A stretch of DNA of 64,000 nt from contig JBGPXN010000001.1 in NCBI GenBank assembly GCA_041492755.1, positions 37,261 through 101,260 on the forward strand. The letters are read 5' to 3'. Below, piece after piece: positions 31,164 to 40,993 of the stretch (position 1 is its first letter; each line of letters opens with the position of its first letter). The translations under genes were made by a program, and so were the position numbers. Below the pieces are notes generated by a model. It was not told where the DNA came from. It did not search any database and saw only the letters and a program-made list of their open reading frames with translations. This DNA is from Candidatus Methylomirabilia bacterium (GTDB lineage: Bacteria; Methylomirabilota; Methylomirabilia; Rokubacteriales; CSP1-6).

Positions 31164-32981
31164 CTAGTCGCGGTAGAGGCCCCGGACCAGGTCGGCGTAG
31201 CGGGTCTCGATCGCCCGGCGCTTCACCTTCTTGGTCGGGGTCACGTCGCCCTCCTCCTCGTAGAAGCGGCGCGGCAAGAGCGCGATCTTCTTGATCGACT
31301 CGACTTGGGACAGCGTGCGGTTGACCTTGTCGACCTCGGCCTGGATGAGCCGGACGACGTCGGGGCTCTGCGTGAGGTCCTGGAAGGTGGTGAACGGGAT
31401 GCGGTGGTCCTGCGCAAACTTGGTGACGTTGTCCTCGTCGATGAGGATCAGGGCGACCAGGTACTTCCGCCGGTCGCCGACGACGACCGCGTCCTGCACG
31501 TACGAGCTGAACTTCAGCTTGTTCTCGATGTAGGCCGGCGTGATGTTCTTGCCGCCCGCCGTGATGATGATGTCCTTCTTGCGGTCGAGGATCCTGAGAT
31601 AACCGTCGTCCCAGGCGCCCACGTCGCCCGTGTGCAGCCAGCCCTCGGCGTCGACCGTCTCCGCCGTGAGCGCCGGGTCCTTGAAGTATCCCTTGAAGAC
31701 GTGCGGGCCGCGCGTGAGGATCTCGCCGTCGTCGCTGATCCGCACCTCGACGCCCGGGACGGGCTGTCCCACCGTCCCCGCCCGGGGCTGCTCCACACGG
31801 TTCAGGGAGATCACGCCGGTCGACTCCGTCATGCCGTACCCCTCGACGAGCGGGATGCCGAGGGCGTGGTAGAACTCGAACAGCTCGGGCGAGGCCGGCG
31901 CGGCGCCACAGACCGCCACCCGGATGCGGTCGAAGCCGAGCCGCCGCTTGAGCGGGGCCAGCGCGGCCCAGTAGCAGAGCCGGTAGAGGAGCCGCAGCCC
32001 GGGCGACGGCCCCGGCGTCGCGTACTTCACGCGCGCGTACCTCCGCCCCACCCGCACCGCCGTCCGGTAGAGCGCGCGCTTGAGGCGCGTGGAGTCCGCC
32101 ATGCGGAGCTCGACGGTGGAGGCCAGCTTCTCCCAGATCCGCGGCACGCTGCCGAAGTAGGTCGGCGACACCTCGCGCAGGTTCTGCGAGAGCGTGTCGA
32201 GGCTCTCCACGAAGTTCACGACGTACCCGGCGCCGATCGCCCCGAACACGCTGATGAGATTCTCGTAGACGTGGGCGAAGGGCAGATAGGACACGACCTC
32301 GTCGGCGCCCGACTGGGAGTTCACGCTGAGGACGGCGGCGGTGCTCCAGATGATGTTGTGGTGGGAGAGCATGGCGCCCTTGGGTGGTCCGGTGGTGCCC
32401 GAAGTGTAGATGATCATCGCGGTATCGTCGGGCTGGATGGCGTCCCGGCGGTTGGCCACGGCGGCCGGATGAGCCTGGGCGTGGAGCATCCCCTGCTTGA
32501 CGAAGTCGTCGAAGAACTGCACGCGCTCGTCGGTGAAGCCCCACAGCCCCTTGGCGTCCCAGACGACGACGCGCTCGAGCCGCGTGGCGGGGGCGACGGC
32601 CAGAACCTTGTCGAGCTGCTCGTCGTTCTCCACGAAGATCAGCCGCGCCTCGGAGTGGTTCAGCAAGTACTGGATCTGCTCGGGCGCCGAGGTGGGATAG
32701 ATGCCGCAGGTGGCGCCGGCGGCGGTCTGGATCCCGAGGTGGCAGTAGAGCCACTCGGGCCGGTTGTCGGCGAGGACCGCGACGTTCTCTCCGGGCCGCA
32801 GGCCGAAGGCGAGGAGGCCCGCGGCCACGCCGGCCACGCGCTCGCCGTATTCCCGCCAGGTCACCCGGTGCCAGATCCCGTATTCCTTGAACCGGATGGC
32901 GAGCCGGTCCCCCTGGACTTCCACCTGGCGCGCGAACAGCTCGGGCAGCGTGCGTCCCGTCACCGTGACTTGCATCACCAT
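31164..32981 (-). CDS. Long-chain-fatty-acid--CoA ligase / AMP-dependent acyl-CoA synthetase
   Basis: MVMQVTVTGRTLPELF..., YTSGTTGPPKG (AMP-binding), EGYGMTE, GWLHTGD. ATG overlaps the upstream ATPase stop. Confidence 0.85.
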   Translation of the reverse strand: MVMQVTVTGRTLPELFARQVEVQGDRLAIRFKEYGIWHRVTWREYGERVAGVAAGLLAFGLRPGENVAVLADNRPEWLYCHLGIQTAAGATCGIYPTSAPEQIQYLLNHSEARLIFVENDEQLDKVLAVAPATRLERVVVWDAKGLWGFTDERVQFFDDFVKQGMLHAQAHPAAVANRRDAIQPDDTAMIIYTSGTTGPPKGAMLSHHNIIWSTAAVLSVNSQSGADEVVSYLPFAHVYENLISVFGAIGAGYVVNFVESLDTLSQNLREVSPTYFGSVPRIWEKLASTVELRMADSTRLKRALYRTAVRVGRRYARVKYATPGPSPGLRLLYRLCYWAALAPLKRRLGFDRIRVAVCGAAPASPELFEFYHALGIPLVEGYGMTESTGVISLNRVEQPRAGTVGQPVPGVEVRISDDGEILTRGPHVFKGYFKDPALTAETVDAEGWLHTGDVGAWDDGYLRILDRKKDIIITAGGKNITPAYIENKLKFSSYVQDAVVVGDRRKYLVALILIDEDNVTKFAQDHRIPFTTFQDLTQSPDVVRLIQAEVDKVNRTLSQVESIKKIALLPRRFYEEEGDVTPTKKVKRRAIETRYADLVRGLYRD

Positions 32982-33754
32982 CGTCTCCTCTTCCGGTAGA
33001 GTCGCCAGCCCCGCGTGGCGGTCTCCGTCGTCGTGCCCACGCCCAGGTAGACCTCCTGGACGTCCGCGTTCTGCGTCAGTGCTTCGGCGGTGTCTTCCAG
33101 GACGACCCGCCCGGCTTCCAGGATCGCGCCGCGGGCGGCGACCCCGAGCGCGAGCCGCGCGTTCTGCTCCACGAGCAGGATCGTCGTTCCCGTCCGGCTG
33201 ATGGCGCCGAGCGCTTCGTAGACGCCGCGCGCGATGCGGGGGGCCAGTCCGAGCGACGGCTCGTCCAGCATCAGCAACCGCGGGCGGCGCAGCATCGCGC
33301 GGCCGAGCGCGAGCATCTGCTGCTCGCCCCCGGACAGCGTCTCTGCCTCCTGCCGCGCGCGCTCCTTGAGGATCGGGAACATGCCGTGCACGACGTCGAG
33401 GTCCTTGCTGACGTCGGCGTCCCGGCGTCCCCACAGACCGAGCTCGAGGTTCTCGGCAACCGTGAGCTCTTTGAAGAGGCCGCGGTCCTCGGGCACGTAG
33501 ACGATACCGAGCCGGGCCACCGCCTCCGGAGCCCAGCCGTCGATCCGTCGGCCGTCGAAGCGGATCTCGCCCTTCTTGGGCTGGTCCTTGAGGAGCCCGG
33601 CGATCGTGCGCAGCAGCGTGGTCTTCCCCGCCCCGTTCGGTCCGAGCACGGTGAAGATCTCGCCCGGCTCGACGGACAGCGACACCCCGAACAGCGCGTA
33701 GATCCGGTCGAAGTAGAGCGTCTCGATGCTGGAGACCTGGAGCAGTGGGGCCAT
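32975..33754 (-). CDS. ABC transporter ATP-binding protein (LivF family)
   Basis: GPNGAGKTT Walker A, LSGGEQQML signature. Confidence 0.85.
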   Translation of the reverse strand: MAPLLQVSSIETLYFDRIYALFGVSLSVEPGEIFTVLGPNGAGKTTLLRTIAGLLKDQPKKGEIRFDGRRIDGWAPEAVARLGIVYVPEDRGLFKELTVAENLELGLWGRRDADVSKDLDVVHGMFPILKERARQEAETLSGGEQQMLALGRAMLRRPRLLMLDEPSLGLAPRIARGVYEALGAISRTGTTILLVEQNARLALGVAARGAILEAGRVVLEDTAEALTQNADVQEVYLGVGTTTETATRGWRLYRKRRRW

Positions 33755-33790
33755 CAGCGCGTCACGCGGACCGTCGGGGCCATCGGCGCC

Positions 33791-34543
33791 TCATTCCCCC
33801 ACGTACGCCTTCACGACGTCCGGGTGGCGCTGGACCTCGGCCGGCGTCCCCTCCGCGATCTTCACGCCGTGATCGAGCGCAACCATGCGACCGGCCAGCC
33901 GCGAGGCCACGCGCAGGTCGTGCTCCACGAGGAGGATCGTGATGCCGAACCGGCCGCGGATCTCGTGGATCCAGTACGCGAACTCTTCCTTCTCCTCCTG
34001 GGTCAGCCCGGACACCGGCTCGTCGAGCAGCAGCAGCCGCGGCTCGGTGGCCAGGGCACGGCCCAGCTCCACGCGCTTCTGCACGCCGTACGAACAGTCG
34101 GCCGCCCGCGCCCTTCGCACCGGCTCGAGGTTGAGGAACTCGATGAGCTCCTCGCAGCGACGTCGATGCCGGATCTCCTCGCCCCGCCGCCGCAGGACCG
34201 CGGCCAGCAGGCTCTTCTTGAAGTGCAGGTGACGGCCGACCAACAGGTTGTCGAGCACGGTCATATTGTGGAAGAGGCGCAGATTCTGGAACGTGCGGGC
34301 GATCCCGAGCCGGGTGATGTGGTCCGGGGACCGGCCGAGCACCACCTCCCCACGAAAGGTGATGGTTCCCCCCGTGGGCCGATAGATCCCGGTGATGCAG
34401 TTGAAGAGCGACGTCTTGCCGGAGCCGTTGGGCCCGATGACGGCGAGGGTCTCCCCGTCCGCCACCGTCACGCTCACGTCCTGGAGCGCGGTGATGCCGC
34501 CGAAGCGCAGGGCGACGTCCTTGACGCTCAGCAGGTCTCCCAT
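33791..34543 (-). CDS. ABC transporter ATP-binding protein (LivG family)
   Basis: GPNGSGKTS, LSYGVQKRVEL, LLLDEP. Confidence 0.85.
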   Translation of the reverse strand: MGDLLSVKDVALRFGGITALQDVSVTVADGETLAVIGPNGSGKTSLFNCITGIYRPTGGTITFRGEVVLGRSPDHITRLGIARTFQNLRLFHNMTVLDNLLVGRHLHFKKSLLAAVLRRRGEEIRHRRRCEELIEFLNLEPVRRARAADCSYGVQKRVELGRALATEPRLLLLDEPVSGLTQEEKEEFAYWIHEIRGRFGITILLVEHDLRVASRLAGRMVALDHGVKIAEGTPAEVQRHPDVVKAYVGE

Positions 34544-34800
34544 TCAGTACGCAGTTCCCGGACCCCGGGGCAGGTTCGGCCCACCCCGGCGCCCGCGTCG
34601 CGGACGCAGGCTCAGAGCCCGCGAATCAAGGAGCGCCCCGGCTTCGCCGGGACGCTGCCAAGCGTATCGGGGTCGAGGAGCGCCCCGGCTTCGCCGGGAC
34701 GCTGCCGAGCGCGTCGGGGTCGAGGAGCGCCCCGGCTTCGCCGGGGCGCTGCCGAGCGTATGGGGGGTATGGGGGGCCATGTCGGGGCCCCCCCATCCAA
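34544..34800. repeat. REP-like composite element, copy C (three tandem hairpin units plus G-rich palindrome)
   Basis: 3 x ~46-bp unit ggggtcgaggagcgccccggcttcgccggg(a/g)cgctgccgagcg, then tatggggggtatggggggccatgtcggggccccccc. Lies between the livK-like stop and the livG-like start. Confidence 0.8.
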
Positions 34801-35994
34801 TCAGAAATGTGGCTGGAACACCTGCCAGGGCATGACCTCCGAATAGGAATTGTTCGACGCCTTCTCGGCTTTGAGCAAACGGACGGCGTTGAGCCCGTGC
34901 CGGCGATTGGGACCGAACGTGACCGGCGCGGTGAGACCCATGGTGTCGAAGTTCTTGATCGACTCCATCGCCTCCACGTAGCTCTCCCGGGTGAGATTGC
35001 GCCCGGCCTTCTTGAGCCCCTCGAGCGCGAGGATGATGGCGCTGCCGCCGGCCAGCGCGGTGTTCTCCTTGCCGGCGAGCTTGGGCTCGTGCTTGACCAG
35101 GATGTCGGCGATCGCCTTGCCCGGCGGATCGTTGTAGGTGGCGCCGAGACCGGCGAAGTAGGCGCCCTCCCAGAGCTCGCCGAGCAGCCGATACATGATC
35201 GCGTAGTCGCCGAGCGGGAAGGACGCGACGATCCTCGGACGGTACCCCACCTTGGCCATCTCCTTGATGACGTTGGCGCCGTGGGTGATCGTCGAGTAGA
35301 AGATGACGGTGTCGGCGCCGGAGTCCTTGAGCTTCAGCGCGTGCGTGCCCATCTCGCGATCGGCCAGCTCGTAGGATACGGTGGTACCGAGGACGGCCTT
35401 GCCGCCCAGGCCCTTGAGGCCGCGGTTGATGCCCTCGAGCCCACCCTTGCCGTACTCGTCGTTCTGATAGAAGACCGCCACCTTCCTGGTGTTGAGGTTG
35501 CCGACCGAATAGGTCAGCAGGAACTCGCCCTCGTCCACGTAGTCGGGATAGTTCACGAAGACGTAGCGGAGCTTCTCGCGGGGCTGCTTGGCCCAGATGG
35601 CGGGGTTGCCGTAGGGGTTGATGGTCGGGATCTTGTACTCGGCCACGTCGTCCTTGGCCGCCTGCAACACCGCGGAGCCGAGCAGCCCCACGCTCATGAA
35701 GACGGAGTCCTTCATCTCCTTGAGGTTGGCCACCGCGCGGCCCGGATTGTAGCCGTCGTCCTTGAGGACGACCTTGAGCTTGCGGCCGTTGATCCCGCCC
35801 TGCTCGTTCACGGAGCGGGTCCACGCCTCCATGGCGACCGCCGTGTTGCCCCAGGCCGCGGCCGGGCCCGACAGCGGTGTGGTCAGGCCGATCACGACCT
35901 CGGTGTCCGTCACCCCGGGCACCTTCTGGGCAAAGGCCGCCGGCGCCGCCAGCAGCACGAACGCCAGCACGAGCGCAGCTGTTCGAAGAGTCAT
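34801..35994 (-). CDS. ABC transporter substrate-binding protein (LivK/LivJ family) with signal peptide
   Basis: MTLRTAALVLAFVLLAAPAAFAQ signal, periplasmic binding protein type I fold. The track N-extension is not coding. Confidence 0.85.
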   Translation of the reverse strand: MTLRTAALVLAFVLLAAPAAFAQKVPGVTDTEVVIGLTTPLSGPAAAWGNTAVAMEAWTRSVNEQGGINGRKLKVVLKDDGYNPGRAVANLKEMKDSVFMSVGLLGSAVLQAAKDDVAEYKIPTINPYGNPAIWAKQPREKLRYVFVNYPDYVDEGEFLLTYSVGNLNTRKVAVFYQNDEYGKGGLEGINRGLKGLGGKAVLGTTVSYELADREMGTHALKLKDSGADTVIFYSTITHGANVIKEMAKVGYRPRIVASFPLGDYAIMYRLLGELWEGAYFAGLGATYNDPPGKAIADILVKHEPKLAGKENTALAGGSAIILALEGLKKAGRNLTRESYVEAMESIKNFDTMGLTAPVTFGPNRRHGLNAVRLLKAEKASNNSYSEVMPWQVFQPHF

Positions 35995-36025
35995 GGGGAA
36001 CACCTCCAGGACGAAGTGGGCGAAA

Positions 36026-37234
36026 TTATACCGCGTCGTCCCCGGCGGCAGGGCGTTCCGGAGACGGGCGCGAGCGGCGGCGGAGCAACGCCGCCGGCAC
36101 CACGGTCGTCTCGCCGAAGCGCTGCGCGAGGGCATCGACGGCACGGGCGAGGCGCTCGCGGCGCAGGACGGAGGGATCGAGCAGCGGCAACTGCCCGCTG
36201 GCCTCCTCCTGAAGCCGTGACACGGACACCCCGATGAGGCGGATGGGCTGATCCAGCCGCTCACGGGCGAGGAGGCCTGCGGCGCGGCGGAACACCTCCA
36301 GGCCGTCCTGAGTCGGATCGCCGCTGTGCGCCCGGGTGATCGTGGTGAAGTCGGCGAAGCGGAGCTTGAGCGTCACCCGCCCACCCGCCAGCCGCTGCGC
36401 TCGCAGCTGCCGCCCGACGCGCTCGGCGTGTTCGCGCAGCACACGATGCAGGCGCTCGAGGTCTCGCGTGTCCGTCCCGAACGTCGTCTCGGCGCCGATC
36501 GACTTGGGCGCGGACACGGGATCCACGGAACGATCGTCGCGGCCGAAGGCGAGGTCGTGCAGATCGGCGCCGTGCTCGCCGAAACGTTGCACGAGCGAGG
36601 CTCGCGGAATCCGCTGGAGCTGGCCGATGGTGGCCACGCCGAGCGTGGCCAGCGCGTCGGCCATCACCCGGCCCACGCCCCACAGACGCTCCACCGGCAA
36701 CGGGGCCAGGAACGCGGCCTCCGTGCCGGGCGGCACCACGACGAGGCCGTCCGGCTTGCGCAGGTCCGAGGCGACTTTCGCCACGAACTTGTTCGCGGCA
36801 AGGCCGGCCGACGCCGTCAGCCCCGTCTCGTCACGAATGCGGGTCTTGACCCGCGCCACCGCGCGCGGGGGATCGCCGAAGAGCGGCTCGGTGCCGGTAA
36901 GATCGAGGAAGGCTTCGTCCACCGACACCGGTTCGACGAGGGGCGAGAAGTCGGCGAGGATCGCCATCACCTGATGCGACGCCTGCTGGTACCTGTCCAT
37001 GTCGACGGGCAGGAAGATCGCGTGCGGACAGAGTCGCGCCGCCTTGCCGATCGGCATCGCCGACCGCACGCCATACCGCCGCGCCTCGTACGAGGCGGCC
37101 GACACGACCCCACGCCCGCGCGGATTGGCGCCAACGATCACCGGATACCCCCGCAGCTCCGGCCGATCACGCTGCTCGACGGACGCATAAAACGCATCCA
37201 TGTCCACATGCGCGATCGCCCGCGGCCCCGACAT
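36026..37234 (-). CDS. dinB: DNA polymerase IV
   Basis: IAHVDMDAFYASVEQRDRPELRGYPVIVG...SIDEAFLDLT... Confidence 0.9.
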   Translation of the reverse strand: MSGPRAIAHVDMDAFYASVEQRDRPELRGYPVIVGANPRGRGVVSAASYEARRYGVRSAMPIGKAARLCPHAIFLPVDMDRYQQASHQVMAILADFSPLVEPVSVDEAFLDLTGTEPLFGDPPRAVARVKTRIRDETGLTASAGLAANKFVAKVASDLRKPDGLVVVPPGTEAAFLAPLPVERLWGVGRVMADALATLGVATIGQLQRIPRASLVQRFGEHGADLHDLAFGRDDRSVDPVSAPKSIGAETTFGTDTRDLERLHRVLREHAERVGRQLRAQRLAGGRVTLKLRFADFTTITRAHSGDPTQDGLEVFRRAAGLLARERLDQPIRLIGVSVSRLQEEASGQLPLLDPSVLRRERLARAVDALAQRFGETTVVPAALLRRRSRPSPERPAAGDDAV

Positions 37235-37458
37235 GTGAGCTTAGGCCGGGCCTGGACTGTCGACGAGCGACGAGCGGGAGCCGGGCGGGTGGCGCAGGGT
37301 AGACTCCCGCAGGGACGGCGGAGTGGGACCCCCGAAGCCTCTCCGCCGCTCGCAGGGCGGCGGTTTGAGGCGAGTGGGTGACGGAGCCGGCCCTGCGGGA
37401 GTCTGCCCTGCGACAGCACCCGCCCCCCTCGCGCTCATGACGTCACGGACAATCCGGG

Positions 37459-38037
37459 CTACGCGGTCGAGAGTCCGATGTCGGGAGCGACAGAAGAGAG
37501 CGCGGCGACTACGAACGTGATGTGCTGGTCGAGGTCGACGCCGAGCTCGGAAGCGCCGCGATAGACGTCGTCGCGATTGACGGTCCGGGCGAACGCCCGG
37601 TCCTTGAGCTTCTTGCGGACGGACGCCGGCTCGAGCCCGGTGATGACCCGTCCCGGGCGGACGAGCGCGCAGGCGTGGACGAAGCCGGTGAGCTCGTCAC
37701 AGGCGTAGAGCGCGCGGTCGAGCAGGCTCACGCGCGGCATGCCGGAGTAGTCGGCGTGGGCCAGGATCGCGTAAATGACGTCGGCGGGCACGCCGCGGCC
37801 GGCCAGGATCTCGGCGCCCTTCAGGGGATGGTGCGGCGCGCGCGGGTGCATCTCGTAGTCGAAGTCGTGGAGCATGCCGGCGACGCCCCACCGCTCGGGG
37901 TCCTCGCCGTACTGCCGTGCGTAGGCGCGCATGGAGGCCTCGACCGCGCGCGCGTGCTTGCGGAGGCCGTCACCCTTGGTGAACTCGGTCAGGATCGCCC
38001 ATGCATGGTCGCGGTCGACCATGGCGACCGTCGCCAC
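37459..38037 (-). CDS. HD-domain metal-dependent phosphohydrolase
   Basis: HARAVEASM...MLHDFDY...LAHADYSG (H..HD..H..D pattern). GTG start 2 nt after the upstream small gene's TGA. Confidence 0.6.
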   Translation of the reverse strand: MATVAMVDRDHAWAILTEFTKGDGLRKHARAVEASMRAYARQYGEDPERWGVAGMLHDFDYEMHPRAPHHPLKGAEILAGRGVPADVIYAILAHADYSGMPRVSLLDRALYACDELTGFVHACALVRPGRVITGLEPASVRKKLKDRAFARTVNRDDVYRGASELGVDLDQHITFVVAALSSVAPDIGLSTA

Positions 38038-38038
38038 C

Positions 38039-38218
38039 TCAGGCGCGCCGAGTCTCCCGCTGGCGCCATTTGTCGATGGACTTCTTGGAGAAGACCCAGT
38101 GGCCGTTGAGCTCGAGGCAGGGGATGCGCCGTTCGGCCGCCATCACGCTCAGCGCGCGCTCGTCCATGGCCAGGTATACCGACGCTTCCTTCACGCTCAT
38201 CACGTCCTTCGGGTTCAC
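38039..38218 (-). CDS. Small helix-turn-helix DNA-binding protein (excisionase/MerR-like HTH_17 family); absent from the ORF track
   Basis: Minus-strand translation [62 protein letters not shown] start overlaps the cysE TGA (GTGA). Confidence 0.5.
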   Translation of the reverse strand: MNPKDVMSVKEASVYLAMDERALSVMAAERRIPCLELNGHWVFSKKSIDKWRQRETRRA

Positions 38219-38892
38219 TCGGTGTCCTCCTTGACCTGGTCTCGATCCACCACCTTGCGGAGCGCCTGCACCTCCGCTTCCAGCGACTGCAGCCGGTCCA
38301 CCAGTTGCTCGAGGGCGCGGCTCACCGGGTCGGGCAAGTCGGTCATGTTCAGGTCGATGCCGCCCGTCACCCGCTGGCCGTCGCGGTATGTTACCCGCCC
38401 CGGCACACCGACGACAACAGAGTTGGGGGGCACGTCGCGCACGACGACCGAGCCGGCGCCGATGCGGCTGCCGTCACCGATGGTGAGGGCGCCGATGACC
38501 TTGGCGCCCGCGCCGACGACCACGTTGTCTCCGAGGGTGGGGTGGCGCTTCTCCCGCTTGAGGCTCGTGCCTCCGAGCGTCACGCCCTGGAGCAGCGTCA
38601 CGTTGTCGCCGACCTCGGCCGTCTCTCCGATCACCACGCCCATGCCGTGGTCGATGAACAGCCCGCGCCCGAGGCGCGCGGCCGGGTGGATCTCGATGCC
38701 AGTCGCGAAGCGCGAGACGTGGGACAGGAACCGGGCGAGGGTGGTCCAGCCGGCGTGCCAGCAGCGATGCGCGAGGCGGTGGAGCGCAAGGGCGTGCACG
38801 CCCGGATAGCAGCAGAGGACTTCGAACCGCGAGCGCGCGGCCGGGTCGCGCTCGAGGACGGTCTGGATGTCGGCACGGAGGGCGTCAAACAC
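38215..38892 (-). CDS. cysE: Serine O-acetyltransferase
   Basis: Hexapeptide repeats, [31 protein letters not shown]... Confidence 0.85.
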   Translation of the reverse strand: MFDALRADIQTVLERDPAARSRFEVLCCYPGVHALALHRLAHRCWHAGWTTLARFLSHVSRFATGIEIHPAARLGRGLFIDHGMGVVIGETAEVGDNVTLLQGVTLGGTSLKREKRHPTLGDNVVVGAGAKVIGALTIGDGSRIGAGSVVVRDVPPNSVVVGVPGRVTYRDGQRVTGGIDLNMTDLPDPVSRALEQLVDRLQSLEAEVQALRKVVDRDQVKEDTE

Positions 38893-39265
38893 CGGGCGTT
38901 CTCCGGCGCAGACAATCGAGCGCCGCCGCCCGCACGGCGCCCGCCGCCACCTCTGCGGCGTGCTTGCGGTCCTCGGGCAGCCCCCCGAGCGCCTGCTCGA
39001 TCGTTTCCGCTTTCACCTCGACCAGCTCCTCGACCGTCCGGCCCTGGAGCAGCTCGCTCGCGACGCTGGCGGCGGCAATGGTGGGCCCGCAGCCGTACGT
39101 CTGGAACCGGATCTCGGCCACGCGACCGTCGCGCACCCGCAGGAAGAAGCGGGCAAGATCGCCGCAACCGTCGAACTGGTCCTCCCCGATGCCATCGGCA
39201 TCGCGCAGCAGCCCGGCGTTGCGGGGATGGAGGAAGTGGTCCACCAGCGTCGGGCTGTATCTCAC
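38885..39265 (-). CDS. NifU/IscU-family Fe-S cluster scaffold (N-terminal-domain type)
   Basis: [18 protein letters not shown] ... DGCGD ... [13 protein letters not shown]. Confidence 0.7.
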   Translation of the reverse strand: MRYSPTLVDHFLHPRNAGLLRDADGIGEDQFDGCGDLARFFLRVRDGRVAEIRFQTYGCGPTIAAASVASELLQGRTVEELVEVKAETIEQALGGLPEDRKHAAEVAAGAVRAAALDCLRRRTPGV

Positions 39266-39289
39266 GCCGCCTCGCTCACGCGCGGCGCC

Positions 39290-40447
39290 TCAGGCGGTGG
39301 CCACCGGCACGAGCTGGCGCAGCTTCCGCACGATCGGTTCCACGCATTCCACGACGTAGTCGATGTCCTCGGCGGTGGTGGAGCGCCCGAGCGAGAATCG
39401 CACGGCGCCCATCGCCCACTCGACCGGCACGCCCATCGCCACCAGCACGTACGACGGCTCGACGCTCCCCGCCGTGCAGGCCGAGCCGGCGGACACGGCG
39501 ACGCCCTTTAGATCCAGTCCGAGCACGATGGATTCCGACTCGACCCCGCGGAAGACGAGGTTGGCCGTGCCGGGCAGACGCTGGATTGGATGCCCGCTGA
39601 GGCGGACCTCCGGAACCCGGGCCCGGATCCCTTCCCACAACCGGTCGCGCAGCGCGCTCACCCGGGTGGCTTCTTCCGCCATGTCGCAACCGCGGATCTC
39701 CACGGCCCTGCCGAAGCCGACGATGCCCGCCACGTTTTCGGTGCCGGCACGGCGGCGACGCTCGTGCTCGCCGCCGTGCTGGATGGCCGCCATGCGGGTG
39801 CCCTTGCGGATGTAGAGGCCGGCCACGCCCTTGGGCCCGTAGACCTTGTGCGCGGAGAACGAGAGCGCATCGACGCCGAGATCGTCGACGTCGATCGGCA
39901 CCTTGCCGAACGTCTGCACGGCATCGACGTGGAACGGCACGCCGCGCGCGCGGGCGAGCGCGCCGACCGCCTTCACGGGCTGGATCGTCCCCACCTCGCT
40001 GTTCGCGTGCATGATGCTGATCGCGATCGTGTCGGGGCGCAGCGCCCGCTCGACGTCGGCCGCATCGACCATGCCGGACTCGTCCACGGGCAGATAGGTC
40101 ACGTCGAAGCCCTGCGCTTCGAGGGCCTGACACGTACGCAGGACCGCGTGATGCTCCACGCGCGAGGTGATCAGGTGACCGCGGCCGCGCGCCACCGCCA
40201 GTCCCTTGACCGCGAAGTTGTCGGATTCGGTGCCGCCCGAGGTGAAGACGATCTCGTCGGGCTTGACGCGTAGGAAGCGCGCGATGCGCTCGCGCGCGGT
40301 GTCCACGCCCTCGCGGGCGGCGCGGCCGAAGCCGTGAACGCTGGAGGGGTTGCCGAAAACGTCCGAGAAATACGGCAGCATCTCGGCCACGACGTCCGGG
40401 TGCACCGGGGTCGAGGCGTTGTGATCGAGGTACACACGCTGGCTCAT
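39290..40447 (-). CDS. nifS: Cysteine desulfurase (NifS/IscS class I)
   Basis: YLDHNASTPV...TSGGTESDN...SFSAHKVYGPKG...SAGSACTAGS. Confidence 0.85.
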   Translation of the reverse strand: MSQRVYLDHNASTPVHPDVVAEMLPYFSDVFGNPSSVHGFGRAAREGVDTARERIARFLRVKPDEIVFTSGGTESDNFAVKGLAVARGRGHLITSRVEHHAVLRTCQALEAQGFDVTYLPVDESGMVDAADVERALRPDTIAISIMHANSEVGTIQPVKAVGALARARGVPFHVDAVQTFGKVPIDVDDLGVDALSFSAHKVYGPKGVAGLYIRKGTRMAAIQHGGEHERRRRAGTENVAGIVGFGRAVEIRGCDMAEEATRVSALRDRLWEGIRARVPEVRLSGHPIQRLPGTANLVFRGVESESIVLGLDLKGVAVSAGSACTAGSVEPSYVLVAMGVPVEWAMGAVRFSLGRSTTAEDIDYVVECVEPIVRKLRQLVPVATA

Positions 40448-40488
40448 TTCTTGCCGTCTCCTTCCGCCGATGCTAGGCTCGGCTCGCG

Positions 40489-40815
40489 ATGAGCCTCTCC
40501 CGGAAAAAACTCGGCGTCCTTCTGTCCACCGGGCCGGAGCGGGCGGACAACGTCGCCACCACCGTCGGCCTCGGCGCCGCCACGCTCGACGCGGGCGCTG
40601 ACCTCTACCTCTATCTCATCGACGACGGCGTACGCGCCCTCGCCGATCCCCGCCTGCGCGCGCTGTCCGCGCGCGGGGCCAAGCTGTTCGTGTGCGCGTA
40701 CGGATGTCAGAAGCGGCGCATCCCGCTCGAGGACGCCGCCGACGTCACCTACTGCGGCCTCGTGGTGCTGACCGACCTCATCAACGCCACCGATCGCTTC
40801 ATCGCCCTGAATTAA
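40489..40815 (+). CDS. DsrE/TusD-like sulfur relay protein
   Basis: 108 aa, ...LYLYLIDDGV ... KLFVCAYGC (active-Cys region), DsrE/DsrF fold. Confidence 0.55.
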   Translation: MSLSRKKLGVLLSTGPERADNVATTVGLGAATLDAGADLYLYLIDDGVRALADPRLRALSARGAKLFVCAYGCQKRRIPLEDAADVTYCGLVVLTDLINATDRFIALN

Positions 40816-40993
40816 GGACATGGGGGACCCCGAGATGGCCCCCCATACTCCCCCTCCGCTCGGAGGCGTCCCGGGGAAGCCGTGGCGCTCGACCGATGTC
40901 ATCAGGGGCCCCGACATGGCCCCCGATTCCCCCAACGCTCGGAGCGCCCCGGCGAAGCCGTGGCGCTCCTCGAATGCCGTCTGAGGTCCTGCC
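40816..40993. repeat. REP-like composite element, copy D (two tandem composites, opposite + strand orientation but same orientation relative to transcription)
   Basis: (gggggaccccgagatggccccccatact + ccgctcggaggcgtcccggggaagccgtggcgctcgac) then (aggggccccgacatggcccccgattccccc + gctcggagcgccccggcgaagccgtggcgctcctcgaatgc). Sits between the dsrE-like stop and the dsrF-like GTG. Confidence 0.8.

Noticed and set aside
34544-34800. Possible CRISPR array (tandem ~46-bp units)
   Set aside because: Units are contiguous with no unique spacers, and are themselves hairpins shared with four other loci; no cas genes are present.
38038-38218. HTH excisionase-family gene as a prophage or island marker
   Set aside because: No integrase, transposase, att-like repeats or phage genes nearby; it is embedded by overlaps in the nifS-nifU-cysE operon.
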